A DNA stretch of 32,000 nucleotides. Origin: Promethearchaeota archaeon. GTDB taxonomy: Archaea > Asgardarchaeota > Lokiarchaeia > Sigyniarchaeales > Promethearchaeaceae. The notes under the pieces were generated by a model. The model saw only the letters and a program-made list of their open reading frames with translations. It made no database searches and was not told the origin of the DNA. The stretch spans positions 1-32,000 of the forward strand of contig JAFGBS010000032.1 in NCBI GenBank assembly GCA_016933055.1, read 5' to 3'. Position 1 is the stretch's first letter. Every line of letters begins with the position of its first letter. Shown here in pieces: positions 1 to 10,001 of the stretch. Position numbers and translations under genes: made by a program.

Positions 1-173
1 AAGGGGTAACTATACTGTACGCGGTGTGTTTGGTTAGCAGTTCTAATGGTTGCATGGAAAAATCGTATTGTGGATGGATTCTTGGGGAGATGGGAGAAGA
101 CCGCACAGTACTACGGAAAAAAAGGGGAAATTTTACCGATTAGCTTCGGTAAAAAAAGATTAATTTGTAATTT

Positions 174-1802
174 TTAGGTTATATGCAATTTCTTACGAAT
201 GACTAATACAACACTTATTACTGCCGCAGCACTGATGAGGATCAGTGGAATTAAGTGATATCCGGGAATTGTACTAGATGGAGGGCATTCAGGACATGCA
301 GGACATTCACTGGTCAGACAATTAAGTACGTACTCTAATTCTTCAATAAGTGCTACTCCTGGAACTGTTGCATTTACTCGTATGTTAAATGCTTCGGTAT
401 TTTCCAAGTCAAAGATAATTTTTTGGTACTGGCCTCCTCCAATTTCGTTCATCGAATAGGTAGTACCTTTTACTGTAACATCTACGTCTGCTCCCAAAAT
501 TGGTTGTCCATAGAGATCCGTGAGAATATAATCTAATTGTAGTGTTTTGTTGTCTACATCGTATATTTCGCAATAAACGTCAATATCAACAATTGGTGGA
601 ATATATAGTATAGGTACATATAATATAACAACAGGTAAAGACCAGTATATATAATATACATTGAACCACCAGAACCAAGTTAGGTTGATAATGTGCCATG
701 TTATTTGCCAATGAAATATCCAAAATAAGTAAATGAACTTAAATTCCCACACGATTGCAAACTCGTACCACCAAATAAATACGGTCAATGATGACCAAGT
801 CACCACGAAATAGATTAGTTCAATCTCCAAATAATACACTTCAATTTTATATCCATAGATCTCCCATACTAACACATAAATTAACTCATAATACCACCAG
901 TGCAAGTAGAATTCAATCCAAATCCATCCGTATATGGGACTAAACCAGCCATATATTAAATACCCAGTCAAGAACCAGTTCCAAATATCCACGATTTGGA
1001 TATGATGATTACCAAAGAATATTTCACCAATTCCAACCCATAACACTCCGTTAAAATAATTATGTAATACAAATTTCATATTGAAATATTGTATAATAGT
1101 TGTATCATGGAAACGAGTTACGTTTATTCCTCCTATGACCGGGTAAACAGTTTTATCGCCCTCTTCTCCAGGTGTAAAGACAATAGTAACCCCCTCATCG
1201 ATTGTAATAGTCCCATCTATAAAGATTTCAATTAAATAACCGGGATTGTCTGTAAAAAATAGTAATATTTCTACACCGGGGATAATGACGACTCTAAGAG
1301 TGGTATCTTCATTAGAAGTGTCATTAAAAAGGAAATCCCCGTTTTCCATATTCAGTTCCGCGTTGTAATTTCCGGCGATATCTTCAATTGTGTGCACATT
1401 AGTTGTTAAATCGGTGTAAATTGAACCAAATTCAGCTAATGCCATATGGGTAGTGTTGGATACTGGATCAGCATAGGCTCCCGTCGTCCATCCCATCCCA
1501 TCTCCTAAAAATAACCCTCCTGTATTTAGTGCAAATAAAAGGTATTGATTGCCTTGATCGGTTAAAATGTCCATCTGAGCCTCCATTTCCATAGGATTCA
1601 TGACTATATTGACTTCGTCGGACCCAACTGTGTTAGTGGTCCCGTCTATATTTAAATCATGTCCATCCACATCTAGATTTGCACTGTCTCCTTGAGCTGA
1701 TTTGGGAGAGGATGCATTTACAAAACTAATGTTAGATATTACTCCTATCAAAATAATAGAGATTATCAAATAGCTAGCTACTTTTATCTTGTTAGATTCC
1801 AT
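174..1802 (-). CDS. Secreted/surface protein with Loki-CTERM-type C-terminal sorting signal and a Trp/Tyr/Phe-rich core
   Basis: 542 aa. N-terminal signal peptide (MESNKIKVASYLIISIILIGV). Acidic beta-rich N-domain, aromatic segment at aa 271-400, Ig-like stretch at ~405-495, CPACPECPP linker, then IPGY + hydrophobic helix + RKK at the C-terminus. Confidence 0.75.
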   Translation of the reverse strand: MESNKIKVASYLIISIILIGVISNISFVNASSPKSAQGDSANLDVDGHDLNIDGTTNTVGSDEVNIVMNPMEMEAQMDILTDQGNQYLLFALNTGGLFLGDGMGWTTGAYADPVSNTTHMALAEFGSIYTDLTTNVHTIEDIAGNYNAELNMENGDFLFNDTSNEDTTLRVVIIPGVEILLFFTDNPGYLIEIFIDGTITIDEGVTIVFTPGEEGDKTVYPVIGGINVTRFHDTTIIQYFNMKFVLHNYFNGVLWVGIGEIFFGNHHIQIVDIWNWFLTGYLIYGWFSPIYGWIWIEFYLHWWYYELIYVLVWEIYGYKIEVYYLEIELIYFVVTWSSLTVFIWWYEFAIVWEFKFIYLFWIFHWQITWHIINLTWFWWFNVYYIYWSLPVVILYVPILYIPPIVDIDVYCEIYDVDNKTLQLDYILTDLYGQPILGADVDVTVKGTTYSMNEIGGGQYQKIIFDLENTEAFNIRVNATVPGVALIEELEYVLNCLTSECPACPECPPSSTIPGYHLIPLILISAAAVISVVLVIRKKLHIT

Positions 1803-2000
1803 AATGAATCATCTCGTTTGTTTTATTTAGAATAAAGAAACCTATCAAAAGGTTAATGATAAAGAAAAATATTCATCCTTATAAATATACGGCATAGATA
1901 GCGATGAATTTTGAACCTCATATCCTATTTAGATTGTATAACATAACAAGGATGCCGATAAAAATCATATTACGCAGATAAAAAATATTTACTAACCAAA

Positions 2001-2792
2001 TTATCTGGCTTTGCTTTCACATATACTTCCGAGTATTTTTCGTTCCCTGAAAAAGTTGCACAATCCTATTATAAGATAACATGTTAATATAACCAATATC
2101 GCCACACACAAGCCATAGATATACGGACCGGTTGCAGTATGGTCAAAAAATGTTAAAATAGAAGCAATTAAACCAATTGTCATCGCTAGAATAAGGAGGA
2201 GTGCAAATTTCCTATTTTCTCTACTCTTTACTCCTTTTCCATATATCAAAAATCGAGTTATATTGAGATAGGCTAAAAATATCATAGAAATGGGGATAAC
2301 ATAATTCAATATTTTTCCCAACAAGGGTCCCATATCAGGAAAATAACCATAAAACAAATCGATGAAAAATAAGGACAACAAGATAGATGCAGTAACTGGG
2401 GTAGTTACTCCTTCATAACCTTCCTGCTGGCTTATATTAAACCAAGTTAAGCGAAGAATAGCCCCAAACACATAAATAACACACAATATCGCCAGGACAA
2501 TAGGAGCAAATGAATTCAGCTCAGAATAATAGCGATAGATCAATACCGCAGGTGCTACTCCAAAACATATGCTATCACTCAAAGAATCAAGCTGTTTTCC
2601 AAGTTCGTTTGCTTGCTTCATAATTTTTGCCACAAGGCCGTCCAATAAATCAAATATCATTGAAAAGTAGATAAAAGCTCCTGATACCCAAAGAAAACGT
2701 CCATCTAGTGAAATAATGATAGAAATCATTCCGCAGGTAGTCCCCAATAATGTTACCAGATCTTTTACTTTCAACTGCCTTAATATTCCCAT
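2001..2792 (-). CDS. pssA: CDP-alcohol phosphatidyltransferase (archaetidylserine/phosphatidylserine synthase-like)
   Basis: Signature FDLLDGLVAK...GKQLDSLSD (DxxDGxxAR...GxxLDxxxD), followed by FGVAPA and GAILRL as in PssA; multi-TM. Confidence 0.8.
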   Translation of the reverse strand: MGILRQLKVKDLVTLLGTTCGMISIIISLDGRFLWVSGAFIYFSMIFDLLDGLVAKIMKQANELGKQLDSLSDSICFGVAPAVLIYRYYSELNSFAPIVLAILCVIYVFGAILRLTWFNISQQEGYEGVTTPVTASILLSLFFIDLFYGYFPDMGPLLGKILNYVIPISMIFLAYLNITRFLIYGKGVKSRENRKFALLLILAMTIGLIASILTFFDHTATGPYIYGLCVAILVILTCYLIIGLCNFFRERKILGSICESKAR

Positions 2793-2877
2793 TTTATCAT
2801 CACAATACTAATAAAAGTACAAGTACTTACAATATATATAATACATATTGTTTTCCTTCAACACCAAATTTTGATTA

Positions 2878-3927
2878 GTGGGTATTATGTACTACAGAAA
2901 ACTTCAGAGAGTGGGTAAAAAAACTTTTTCGATTAATTTACCTCGTGAATGGGTCATTAATGCTGGTATTCATAAAGGTGAGAATATTGAAATTCGAGAA
3001 TTAGATTCCGGAGATCTTGTAATTTCTTTACCTCAAACACATGTGGAAAAAAAACCCACTATACAAGAGATCATTACTTCTGACACACTTTCCCGAGATA
3101 TTACTCGTGCATATCTTCTCGGGTATGAAAAAATTGTAATCAAAACTGATAACGCCACTGGTTTTACCGCAGAAGAAATGAAAGAAATCGAGTTAGCGAG
3201 TCGTAAATATCCCGGAGCGGAAATAATGCAAGAGGGAAAAAATAAAATCACATTCGAAATCATCGCTTCGTTTGAAAAAATGGGGCCATTCAAACTCATT
3301 CATTATATCTTTAGCACAACCCAACAGATGCTCGACGATATTGCGTTAATATTAGATCCCACAACACCTAAGAATGGATCTAGTGTAGAGGAATTACTCC
3401 GAATTCAAGGTCTAGATTTAAAAGTCAATCGCACGTATTTACTTATTGTACGGCAATTGCGTGCTCTTATTCAAGCCCCTTCATTGCGTAATCAACAAGA
3501 TTTAAACTCATTGCGTATTATGGATTATCGGTTGTTCGTTCACTTGCTAGAACATATTGGGGATAATTGTGTTCTAATCTGCGAACATCTCATCGAGTTC
3601 CAGAATTTAGTTAACGAATTGTTGGATAAAACCTATCTAGAAAATGAAGAAAAAGATCCAATAATGGAATATCTTATCACGGTATCCCAAAATGTAAGAG
3701 ATGCCCATAAAAGAACTTTTGATGTTTTTGTAAAAACTGATTATAAACGCGCCCCAAAGTTAATCCAAGAGTTCCCTCGGGACCTACAGAAGTATATTCA
3801 AGAATTTAAAGTCCATCCCCGAAAGGCTCCTTTATCGATCATAATGTATCGATTCTATGACATTTTGGATATGTTAGTAGACATTTTGGATTTAATTCAA
3901 CCTGAGGAGGGTTTACTAGAAACCTAA
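2878..3927 (+). CDS. Archaeal phosphate uptake regulator-like protein (AbrB/SpoVT N-domain + PhoU-like helical domains)
   Basis: N-terminal YRKLQRVGKKTFSINLPREWV (AbrB-like), RDITRAYLLGYEKI, and LEHIGDNC resembling the PhoU LERIGD motif. GTG start. Confidence 0.8.
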   Translation: MGIMYYRKLQRVGKKTFSINLPREWVINAGIHKGENIEIRELDSGDLVISLPQTHVEKKPTIQEIITSDTLSRDITRAYLLGYEKIVIKTDNATGFTAEEMKEIELASRKYPGAEIMQEGKNKITFEIIASFEKMGPFKLIHYIFSTTQQMLDDIALILDPTTPKNGSSVEELLRIQGLDLKVNRTYLLIVRQLRALIQAPSLRNQQDLNSLRIMDYRLFVHLLEHIGDNCVLICEHLIEFQNLVNELLDKTYLENEEKDPIMEYLITVSQNVRDAHKRTFDVFVKTDYKRAPKLIQEFPRDLQKYIQEFKVHPRKAPLSIIMYRFYDILDMLVDILDLIQPEEGLLET

Positions 3928-3973
3928 AGGGTTATTACACAGAATTTAAATGTTGAAACACGGAATAAAATCT

Positions 3974-4846
3974 ATGATAGAGATTATCAATGTCTATAGT
4001 AACATGGCAATGCCGGATTCTGATTTAATTGGTAGACACGGACAAAGCTTTTTTATAAAAGTGGGCAATGATCGGATTTTAATGGATACGGGAGCCGATG
4101 GACCCACGCTATTACATAATATGACTCTTCTGGGTATTGATCCTAATAACATCACCCATCTTGTTCTATCACATGGGCATTATGATCATACATGGGGTCT
4201 TCCAGATTTATTGAATGCTCGCACTTCAGCAAATCCATTACCTGTTATAGCCCACCCCCTGGTACGAGAAGAAAAACGCCTGAAAATACTGTTTATCAAT
4301 AAATCTAAAGGATTCCCCAAATTAACGGAAGCTCAAGAAAAATCTATAAAGTTAATTTATTCAAAAGAACCGTATGCCATCAGTCCTAGGGTTAAAACTA
4401 CCGGAGAAATAGCTGAACGAATTGACAGAGATGGAATAGAACCTGTAATGAAACATTTAGTAAATGGAAAATATGAAGTGGATCCTGTCTTGGATGATAT
4501 TAGTGTATTAATTGATACATCCAAAGGACAAATTGTGTTAACAGGATGCGCTCATGCTGGAATAATTAATATCCTTAGGAAAGCGAAAAAACTCTCTGAT
4601 AAACCCATACTTGCGATACTGGGTGGTACTCATATGGTAAGGTACTCCAAGGAAGAGGTAATTCGAACGGGAGAAAAGTTTCGAGATGATTTTGATGACC
4701 CTGACTTATATTTAAACCATTGTACAGATAAACTCCCCTCAAAATTGCTGAAAATGACTAAAACCATTGATATTCTGAAGGAAAATTTTGGTGAAGAAAG
4801 AATAAAGACTTGTTATGTGGGAACTAAAGTGACATTCGAGGAATAA
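3974..4846 (+). CDS. MBL-fold metallohydrolase (COG1237 family)
   Basis: HGQSFFI, ILMDTG, LSHGHYDHTWGL (HxHxDH), DD-ISV, TGCAHAGIINI, GGTHM, HCT. ATG at 3974 is preferred over 3950 because it gives the family-typical MIEIINVYSN start. Confidence 0.85.
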   Translation: MIEIINVYSNMAMPDSDLIGRHGQSFFIKVGNDRILMDTGADGPTLLHNMTLLGIDPNNITHLVLSHGHYDHTWGLPDLLNARTSANPLPVIAHPLVREEKRLKILFINKSKGFPKLTEAQEKSIKLIYSKEPYAISPRVKTTGEIAERIDRDGIEPVMKHLVNGKYEVDPVLDDISVLIDTSKGQIVLTGCAHAGIINILRKAKKLSDKPILAILGGTHMVRYSKEEVIRTGEKFRDDFDDPDLYLNHCTDKLPSKLLKMTKTIDILKENFGEERIKTCYVGTKVTFEE

Positions 4847-4904
4847 AAACAAGGAAACTTCTTAGAAATGTATCTTGCATAAAAATGTTTGATTATGTCA
4901 AAAT

Positions 4905-5183
4905 TTAAAATGCTAATAGAATCTTCTGATAGATATCCAGTAATTTTTCTCTTGTTTCTTTGGGAATTACCTTTTTCAAATTGTTTCCTAACTTAACTAC
5001 ACCTATTATGGCAGAAGTGGCAGAATCCAGCAACTTTCCCGGAATAAAATTAGACTGTTGATCTTGGAAATATTTAATGCGTGTTTCCAAAGCCATTATT
5101 TGTTTCTTAGTAGTATCTTGTCGCAGTTCAGCGATCTCGACGTTTTCTTTCTTATCTGAGCTTACAGATGCCTCTTCATTCAT
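4905..5183 (-). CDS. Small helical/coiled-coil hypothetical protein translationally coupled to tes
   Basis: 92-aa ORF. Its ATG (5183) overlaps the last codons of the radical SAM gene and is preceded by GGAG. Helical, charged composition. Confidence 0.6.
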   Translation of the reverse strand: MNEEASVSSDKKENVEIAELRQDTTKKQIMALETRIKYFQDQQSNFIPGKLLDSATSAIIGVVKLGNNLKKVIPKETREKLLDIYQKILLAF

Positions 5184-6825
5184 CAATAATTATCTCCTTT
5201 TCCATTATTTTTTTATAGGGAACTGCAATTTGCTTCTCAATTTCATTTCTTCGAAATATGTTCATTACACAAAAAGGTATTTCCAGCACCGAGCCATCGG
5301 GCATTGCTACACCAAAGTGAACTATGCATCGTTTCGCTCGTTCCATATCAAAATTGTACGCGTCTTGAAAATGCATTGATCCTATGAGTAATGATCCGTA
5401 CGCAAAGGAAGAGACATTATCCCAATTGCCGGTGAGAATCATCTTTGTGAAGATCTCCATTAATTTTCCAGGTTTTTTTATGAATGGCAATAAACCTAAC
5501 GCAAAACGTGCTTTTAATTGCTGCTTGTCCAGCCATTCAAGTCCATTATCCAACATATTAGCCAATCCCTTCCAGGAATCGTGTGCTAATTTGGAGAAAA
5601 ATTCTGAATGTTTTCTAGATTTGAGTTTCCCCCAGAATCGGTTTGCATAATTGATGATAGCCATGGGATCCATGTATTCTAGTATTGAAATCATTTTTTT
5701 CTCATCTGGATCTAAGACTAAATAAGTGGCAAATCCACAATCAGGGTGGCATGTAAACTCAATAGGTTCTTGATTACCTAACCAAGCAATAGTGCGTCCA
5801 AATTCCACTATAGTAGATAGAGGATACCAATCCTGGTTTAATTTTAATGCTCCATTCGTTTGTTTTTCGATGGCATTGATCACATCCGCATTGTTGATGC
5901 GTAAATTCTGTACATCTTCATGGGATACTCTTCCACATAATGAAATAGGTTGAAATACTATCCCCCGAACAAGATCGATATTATCAATAGCATATTGAAG
6001 AATATTTCCTATCTCAATCTCGTTTACGGTTTTGGCTATGGTAACTACTAATACTACGGAATCTAGGCCTCCTTGTCTGCAGTTTTTCATTACACGTTCT
6101 TTATACTCTTTTAGAGGAATCCCTCTAGTCGTTATCCATGTTTCATCGTTTACTCCATCAAACGATAAATATAATGTATCAAGTCCGTGTTCTCGGCATT
6201 CTCGTGCAAATTCCGCACCATTTGGTTTCTGAAACGCGTAGCCATTGGTTGCCAGTAGGATCTCCTTAAAACCTTTTTCTTTGGACATTTTTATAACATC
6301 AAGCAAATCAGAACGTATTGAAGGTTCTCCCCCACTAAACATAATGGAAGTTGCCGGTATGGGTTTTTCACGAAAATGATCAAGGACTCTTTCGATTTCT
6401 TCCAATGAAGGCTCAATAAGCATTCCAGTTTTTTCCACGTTAGCAAAACAGAAATTACATGAGAGATTACATCTGTTTGTGATCTCTATAATTGCTAATG
6501 AACACGTGCTTAAATGCTCCTCACATAATCCACAATTCCACGGACATCCTCGTGGATCTTTACCTTTCAGATCTGGAGGATTAGCTTCACCATTCTTTTC
6601 CCAGCCCCATGTCTCTCCCTTCCAATGAGTCCATCTGTAATAATCTGCATTGCTGGATAAGATGTCTTGATACTCTCCATGTTCGGGACATGATTTTCGG
6701 ATGAAGATTTTTCCATCCTCTTCGATAATTTCCGCTTCAATCGAACTTAAACATTCGGGGCAAACAGATTGGGTCTTTTTGTAGTATTTTTTCTTAAAAT
6801 TTGGATCATCTTTCACGTGAAACAT
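5176..6825 (-). CDS. tes: Radical SAM tetraether lipid synthase homolog (Tes / GDGT-MAS, MJ0619 family)
   Basis: Rubredoxin-like CPEC...CPEH, N-auxiliary GCPWNCGLCEEH, radical SAM CNLSCNFC, GGEP, C-terminal TCHPDC, MHFQDAYNFD, RCIVH and PFC: the full family domain order. Confidence 0.85.
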   Translation of the reverse strand: MFHVKDDPNFKKKYYKKTQSVCPECLSSIEAEIIEEDGKIFIRKSCPEHGEYQDILSSNADYYRWTHWKGETWGWEKNGEANPPDLKGKDPRGCPWNCGLCEEHLSTCSLAIIEITNRCNLSCNFCFANVEKTGMLIEPSLEEIERVLDHFREKPIPATSIMFSGGEPSIRSDLLDVIKMSKEKGFKEILLATNGYAFQKPNGAEFARECREHGLDTLYLSFDGVNDETWITTRGIPLKEYKERVMKNCRQGGLDSVVLVVTIAKTVNEIEIGNILQYAIDNIDLVRGIVFQPISLCGRVSHEDVQNLRINNADVINAIEKQTNGALKLNQDWYPLSTIVEFGRTIAWLGNQEPIEFTCHPDCGFATYLVLDPDEKKMISILEYMDPMAIINYANRFWGKLKSRKHSEFFSKLAHDSWKGLANMLDNGLEWLDKQQLKARFALGLLPFIKKPGKLMEIFTKMILTGNWDNVSSFAYGSLLIGSMHFQDAYNFDMERAKRCIVHFGVAMPDGSVLEIPFCVMNIFRRNEIEKQIAVPYKKIMEKEIIIDE

Positions 6826-6934
6826 TTAGAGTGCTTCCACAAATTCGTGTAAAGAAAAAAGAAGGTTAGACAATAAAAAATTTTGGTAGTAATACTATCA
6901 AGTAAACTAAAAATAAAGGAAAAGAAGAAAAAAT

Positions 6935-8284
6935 TTATATATCGATTTTCTGTTTATCGAGTACGGTTTCAAGTGTTCTATCAATTTTTTCTGCTTCTGA
7001 TGGCAGTGATTCTTTTATTTCCTCTGCAAAATCGATCATCACTGATTTTACTTCAGGGATAGTCATCAAATTACGCTTCATATAATTTTTTCTTTGAAGC
7101 GAGAACTGTGAATACCAAATATAATATCCAATACTTGACACTAAAAGTACCGAGTTATTGAATAAATTTACCTGATTTTGGGTAGAAGATGCACCTACAG
7201 AACCTAGGATCATTACAACTTGTCCCGCAATGTACATAAGAGTGAGTGCAAATACTAAAAATGGCACTGCATTCTCGTTGATTTTTTGGGCTTTTTTCAC
7301 ACGCTTAGCAAGCGCTTTTAACACAAAAATTGCAGTTAGAATAACCAAGAAGATATTACCTAATGTAAGAAATACATCGGACCCCGTACTGGATAATGTG
7401 TTCAATAATGAGGTAATGAATCCAAATGAGCGAAACCAAATTACAAGAGAAATAAGCAAATAAACGAAACTTCCAAAAACATTGATGGCATCATAGCGTT
7501 TACTTTTAATGAATAAGATAACTTGCCATACATCTAATGCTAGTATTACCAATCCAATTAAAACTACCCAGGCGATAAATCGAGCTGGATCAGGGTCGCT
7601 TAATGATTGAGCTCTTGTCCAAAATGCCCAAACGGTCAGAATGTGAGTAATAATTGGAACGATTAAACTTACTATTAAAATACTATACGATGCAAAATTC
7701 TTCTTTTTAATATCCATTTGGTCCACAATTAATCGATTATCGACTTTTTCCGAAATCGATTCAATCCCATCTTTAATAAAGTGGATTTGTAATATATTCC
7801 ATCCAATAAAGACGATAATGAATAAGTAGGGTACTAACTGGGAGAATTTCAGATACGTTAATGCAATATCATCACTGTCACCTAATGTACCCCAAGTTAT
7901 TGAAATAGCGAGAGCTAGCATAAAACTTAATACAGTGATAATTGTTTTTGTCAACCAGTCTTCTTCACGGAACATATATTTGGATATAGGACGAATAAAT
8001 GCCCCTATCATTAAAAACATAAACGCTAACACGAAAGTTAAAGTGATAATATTAGTTGCAGCCTTGACAGTATCACTGGTTTTGTTTCCTAAAGAGAAAA
8101 ACGCAATAATGATAGCACCTACGAAAAATAAAAGCGTATAGAATATTTTTCCTTTCTCAAAAATTCCAGCAAATTGCTCGTTTAAAAAATTCTGAAATTT
8201 TTTCCATAGATCCACAAACCATTGTCCAACTTTCGACCTTACCTTAGGTTTTTCAGTTTTAGAATAATTGTCAACTTCAGACAT
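6935..8284 (-). CDS. Multi-pass membrane hypothetical protein
   Basis: 449-aa ORF with about 11 hydrophobic segments; co-oriented upstream of tes. Confidence 0.75.
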   Translation of the reverse strand: MSEVDNYSKTEKPKVRSKVGQWFVDLWKKFQNFLNEQFAGIFEKGKIFYTLLFFVGAIIIAFFSLGNKTSDTVKAATNIITLTFVLAFMFLMIGAFIRPISKYMFREEDWLTKTIITVLSFMLALAISITWGTLGDSDDIALTYLKFSQLVPYLFIIVFIGWNILQIHFIKDGIESISEKVDNRLIVDQMDIKKKNFASYSILIVSLIVPIITHILTVWAFWTRAQSLSDPDPARFIAWVVLIGLVILALDVWQVILFIKSKRYDAINVFGSFVYLLISLVIWFRSFGFITSLLNTLSSTGSDVFLTLGNIFLVILTAIFVLKALAKRVKKAQKINENAVPFLVFALTLMYIAGQVVMILGSVGASSTQNQVNLFNNSVLLVSSIGYYIWYSQFSLQRKNYMKRNLMTIPEVKSVMIDFAEEIKESLPSEAEKIDRTLETVLDKQKIDI

Positions 8285-8411
8285 ATTAGAGATATTTTTC
8301 TCCTAGCATTTATGCTTGTGGATTATACTACCAAAGAAATTTAGAAGGGGATATGAATGAATAGATTCAATAAGAAAAGAATTAATCTTCACCTATATTT
8401 TTTAATATAAA

Positions 8412-8972
8412 ATGACTATTGAAACGAATTTAACCGATCAAATACGGCTTCATACGCAGTTATGGTCTCACTATAACCTTGTATACTGGTTTATATCGAT
8501 GATTTCCATTTTTGGAGTAATTTTTACTAGTTGTATGTTGTTTTTAGTTTACATATTCGGTAGCTTCTTGGTAGTAGTGGAAATAATAATCACATCCATG
8601 TATTTTCTATTGTCGGTGATATCTTACATCATGTTCAAAATAACTGCGAAATTTCATAGTTATAAGTTATACGAGAAACAGAGAATTGCAGAATTAAGCA
8701 AGGATTCAGTAAGAGAATTTCTACCTTCCATTTTGAACATGGATATTTCCCAGTTCGGGAAAATTCAAGGTTTCATAACATCTAGCATTTTGTTTTATTT
8801 TCTAATTATGATGAACCTTCTTACTTCCATAACTGTGTTTATGACTATGATTTTTTCGCCTTTTCCATGGGTACCATATCTTGTATTTTTTATCTTGCTA
8901 GGATTTGCCATCATCTTATTCTTCCCTTGGATCCAAATGGTAAAAAACTGGAGATTAAGAAAGGAAGATTAG
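8412..8972 (+). CDS. Membrane hypothetical protein (about 4 TM)
   Basis: 186-aa ORF with hydrophobic helices. Its stop overlaps the stop of the convergent EamA gene (TTAG at 8969-8972). Confidence 0.65.
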   Translation: MTIETNLTDQIRLHTQLWSHYNLVYWFISMISIFGVIFTSCMLFLVYIFGSFLVVVEIIITSMYFLLSVISYIMFKITAKFHSYKLYEKQRIAELSKDSVREFLPSILNMDISQFGKIQGFITSSILFYFLIMMNLLTSITVFMTMIFSPFPWVPYLVFFILLGFAIILFFPWIQMVKNWRLRKED

Positions 8973-9979
8973 TCAGTGGTTGCCAGTTTTTTGTTGTTAA
9001 TCTTTCTCTCCAATCGATTTTTATCATAAAGAATGATCAGAATCGAGGTGAAAATTACTGCAAGACCAATGTAATGATAGAATTTAATTGGTTCATTTAA
9101 AATCCACCACGCAAAAAAACTGGTTAATATTGGTTGAGGAGCTTGAATCGCCGAAGAAAGTGCTAGATCAATATGTTTAATTGAAGAGTACCATCCGTAA
9201 TGTCCTATGACATAACTAAGACCGATTAAAAACATATATAATAGGTTACTCCAATCCAGAAACAATACCAAATCACTTATTGAGTAAGTACACAGCCAAA
9301 CGGAAAATAGAAGTACCATACCAATTAAGGTCCGGATAAAAATAACTTGGGATGGCTTCACTAACCCTTGTTGTAAAATCGGTTTCGTCACACTATGTCC
9401 TACCGTCCATAATAACGGCATAAGAAAGAGTACTAACGTACCAATATTCATTTCCTCAACACGAAAGGAGCCAAGAGTTAATGTGTATACGAGTGCGACT
9501 AAGATTACCGCTGTAAAGATTATCTGTATGATTGACGCTTTTTCCTTGAGAAATATCCACCCAATAATTATTGTGAATATTATGGATGACTTCATTGCTA
9601 TGGACCCTGAGATTGCTGCCGATTCACCCGATGAATCAAATCCATAAAAAAACATGATTTGAGATAATGCAAAAACGATTCCAACCGTGAGAAACCTCCA
9701 CCAATGCTTTTTTATGGTGAATTTTAGTTGACCGGAAGGATTTTTTCTTTGATTAAGTGTATGTTTTAGTGCAAGGGGAAATATGAGAATATTTTCAAAT
9801 AAAACAGTTGCAATGGCATAAATCACCGGATATAATACATCTGGTCTTTTTTCGGAAATTATAGGTTGAGTAGAGATTGCTATTACCGTAATAATGGCTG
9901 TTATTACACCAATTTTAAAGTTAGGTGATTTTCGGGTCTTTATATCGCTTTGGTTGGATATTTCTGCCAATGTGGTCAA
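8969..9979 (-). CDS. EamA/DMT family transporter
   Basis: Two 5-TM repeats; IIGWIFLKEK and FFAWWILNEPI are typical EamA repeat-end motifs. Confidence 0.85.
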   Translation of the reverse strand: MTTLAEISNQSDIKTRKSPNFKIGVITAIITVIAISTQPIISEKRPDVLYPVIYAIATVLFENILIFPLALKHTLNQRKNPSGQLKFTIKKHWWRFLTVGIVFALSQIMFFYGFDSSGESAAISGSIAMKSSIIFTIIIGWIFLKEKASIIQIIFTAVILVALVYTLTLGSFRVEEMNIGTLVLFLMPLLWTVGHSVTKPILQQGLVKPSQVIFIRTLIGMVLLFSVWLCTYSISDLVLFLDWSNLLYMFLIGLSYVIGHYGWYSSIKHIDLALSSAIQAPQPILTSFFAWWILNEPIKFYHYIGLAVIFTSILIILYDKNRLERKINNKKLATTD

Positions 9980-10001
9980 TGTAAGTAAATATCATGCAGA
10001 G

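Noticed and set aside
3950-6825. Methanopterin biosynthesis cluster (COG1237 hydrolase plus MJ0619 family)
   Set aside because: The genes are convergent, not operonic, and the MJ0619 family has been reassigned to tetraether lipid synthesis; no other pterin genes are present.
8967-8975. GATTAGTCA matching the core of the 17.1 kb sites
   Set aside because: It is formed by the overlapping stop codons of two convergent genes and lacks the CATCTAT arm.
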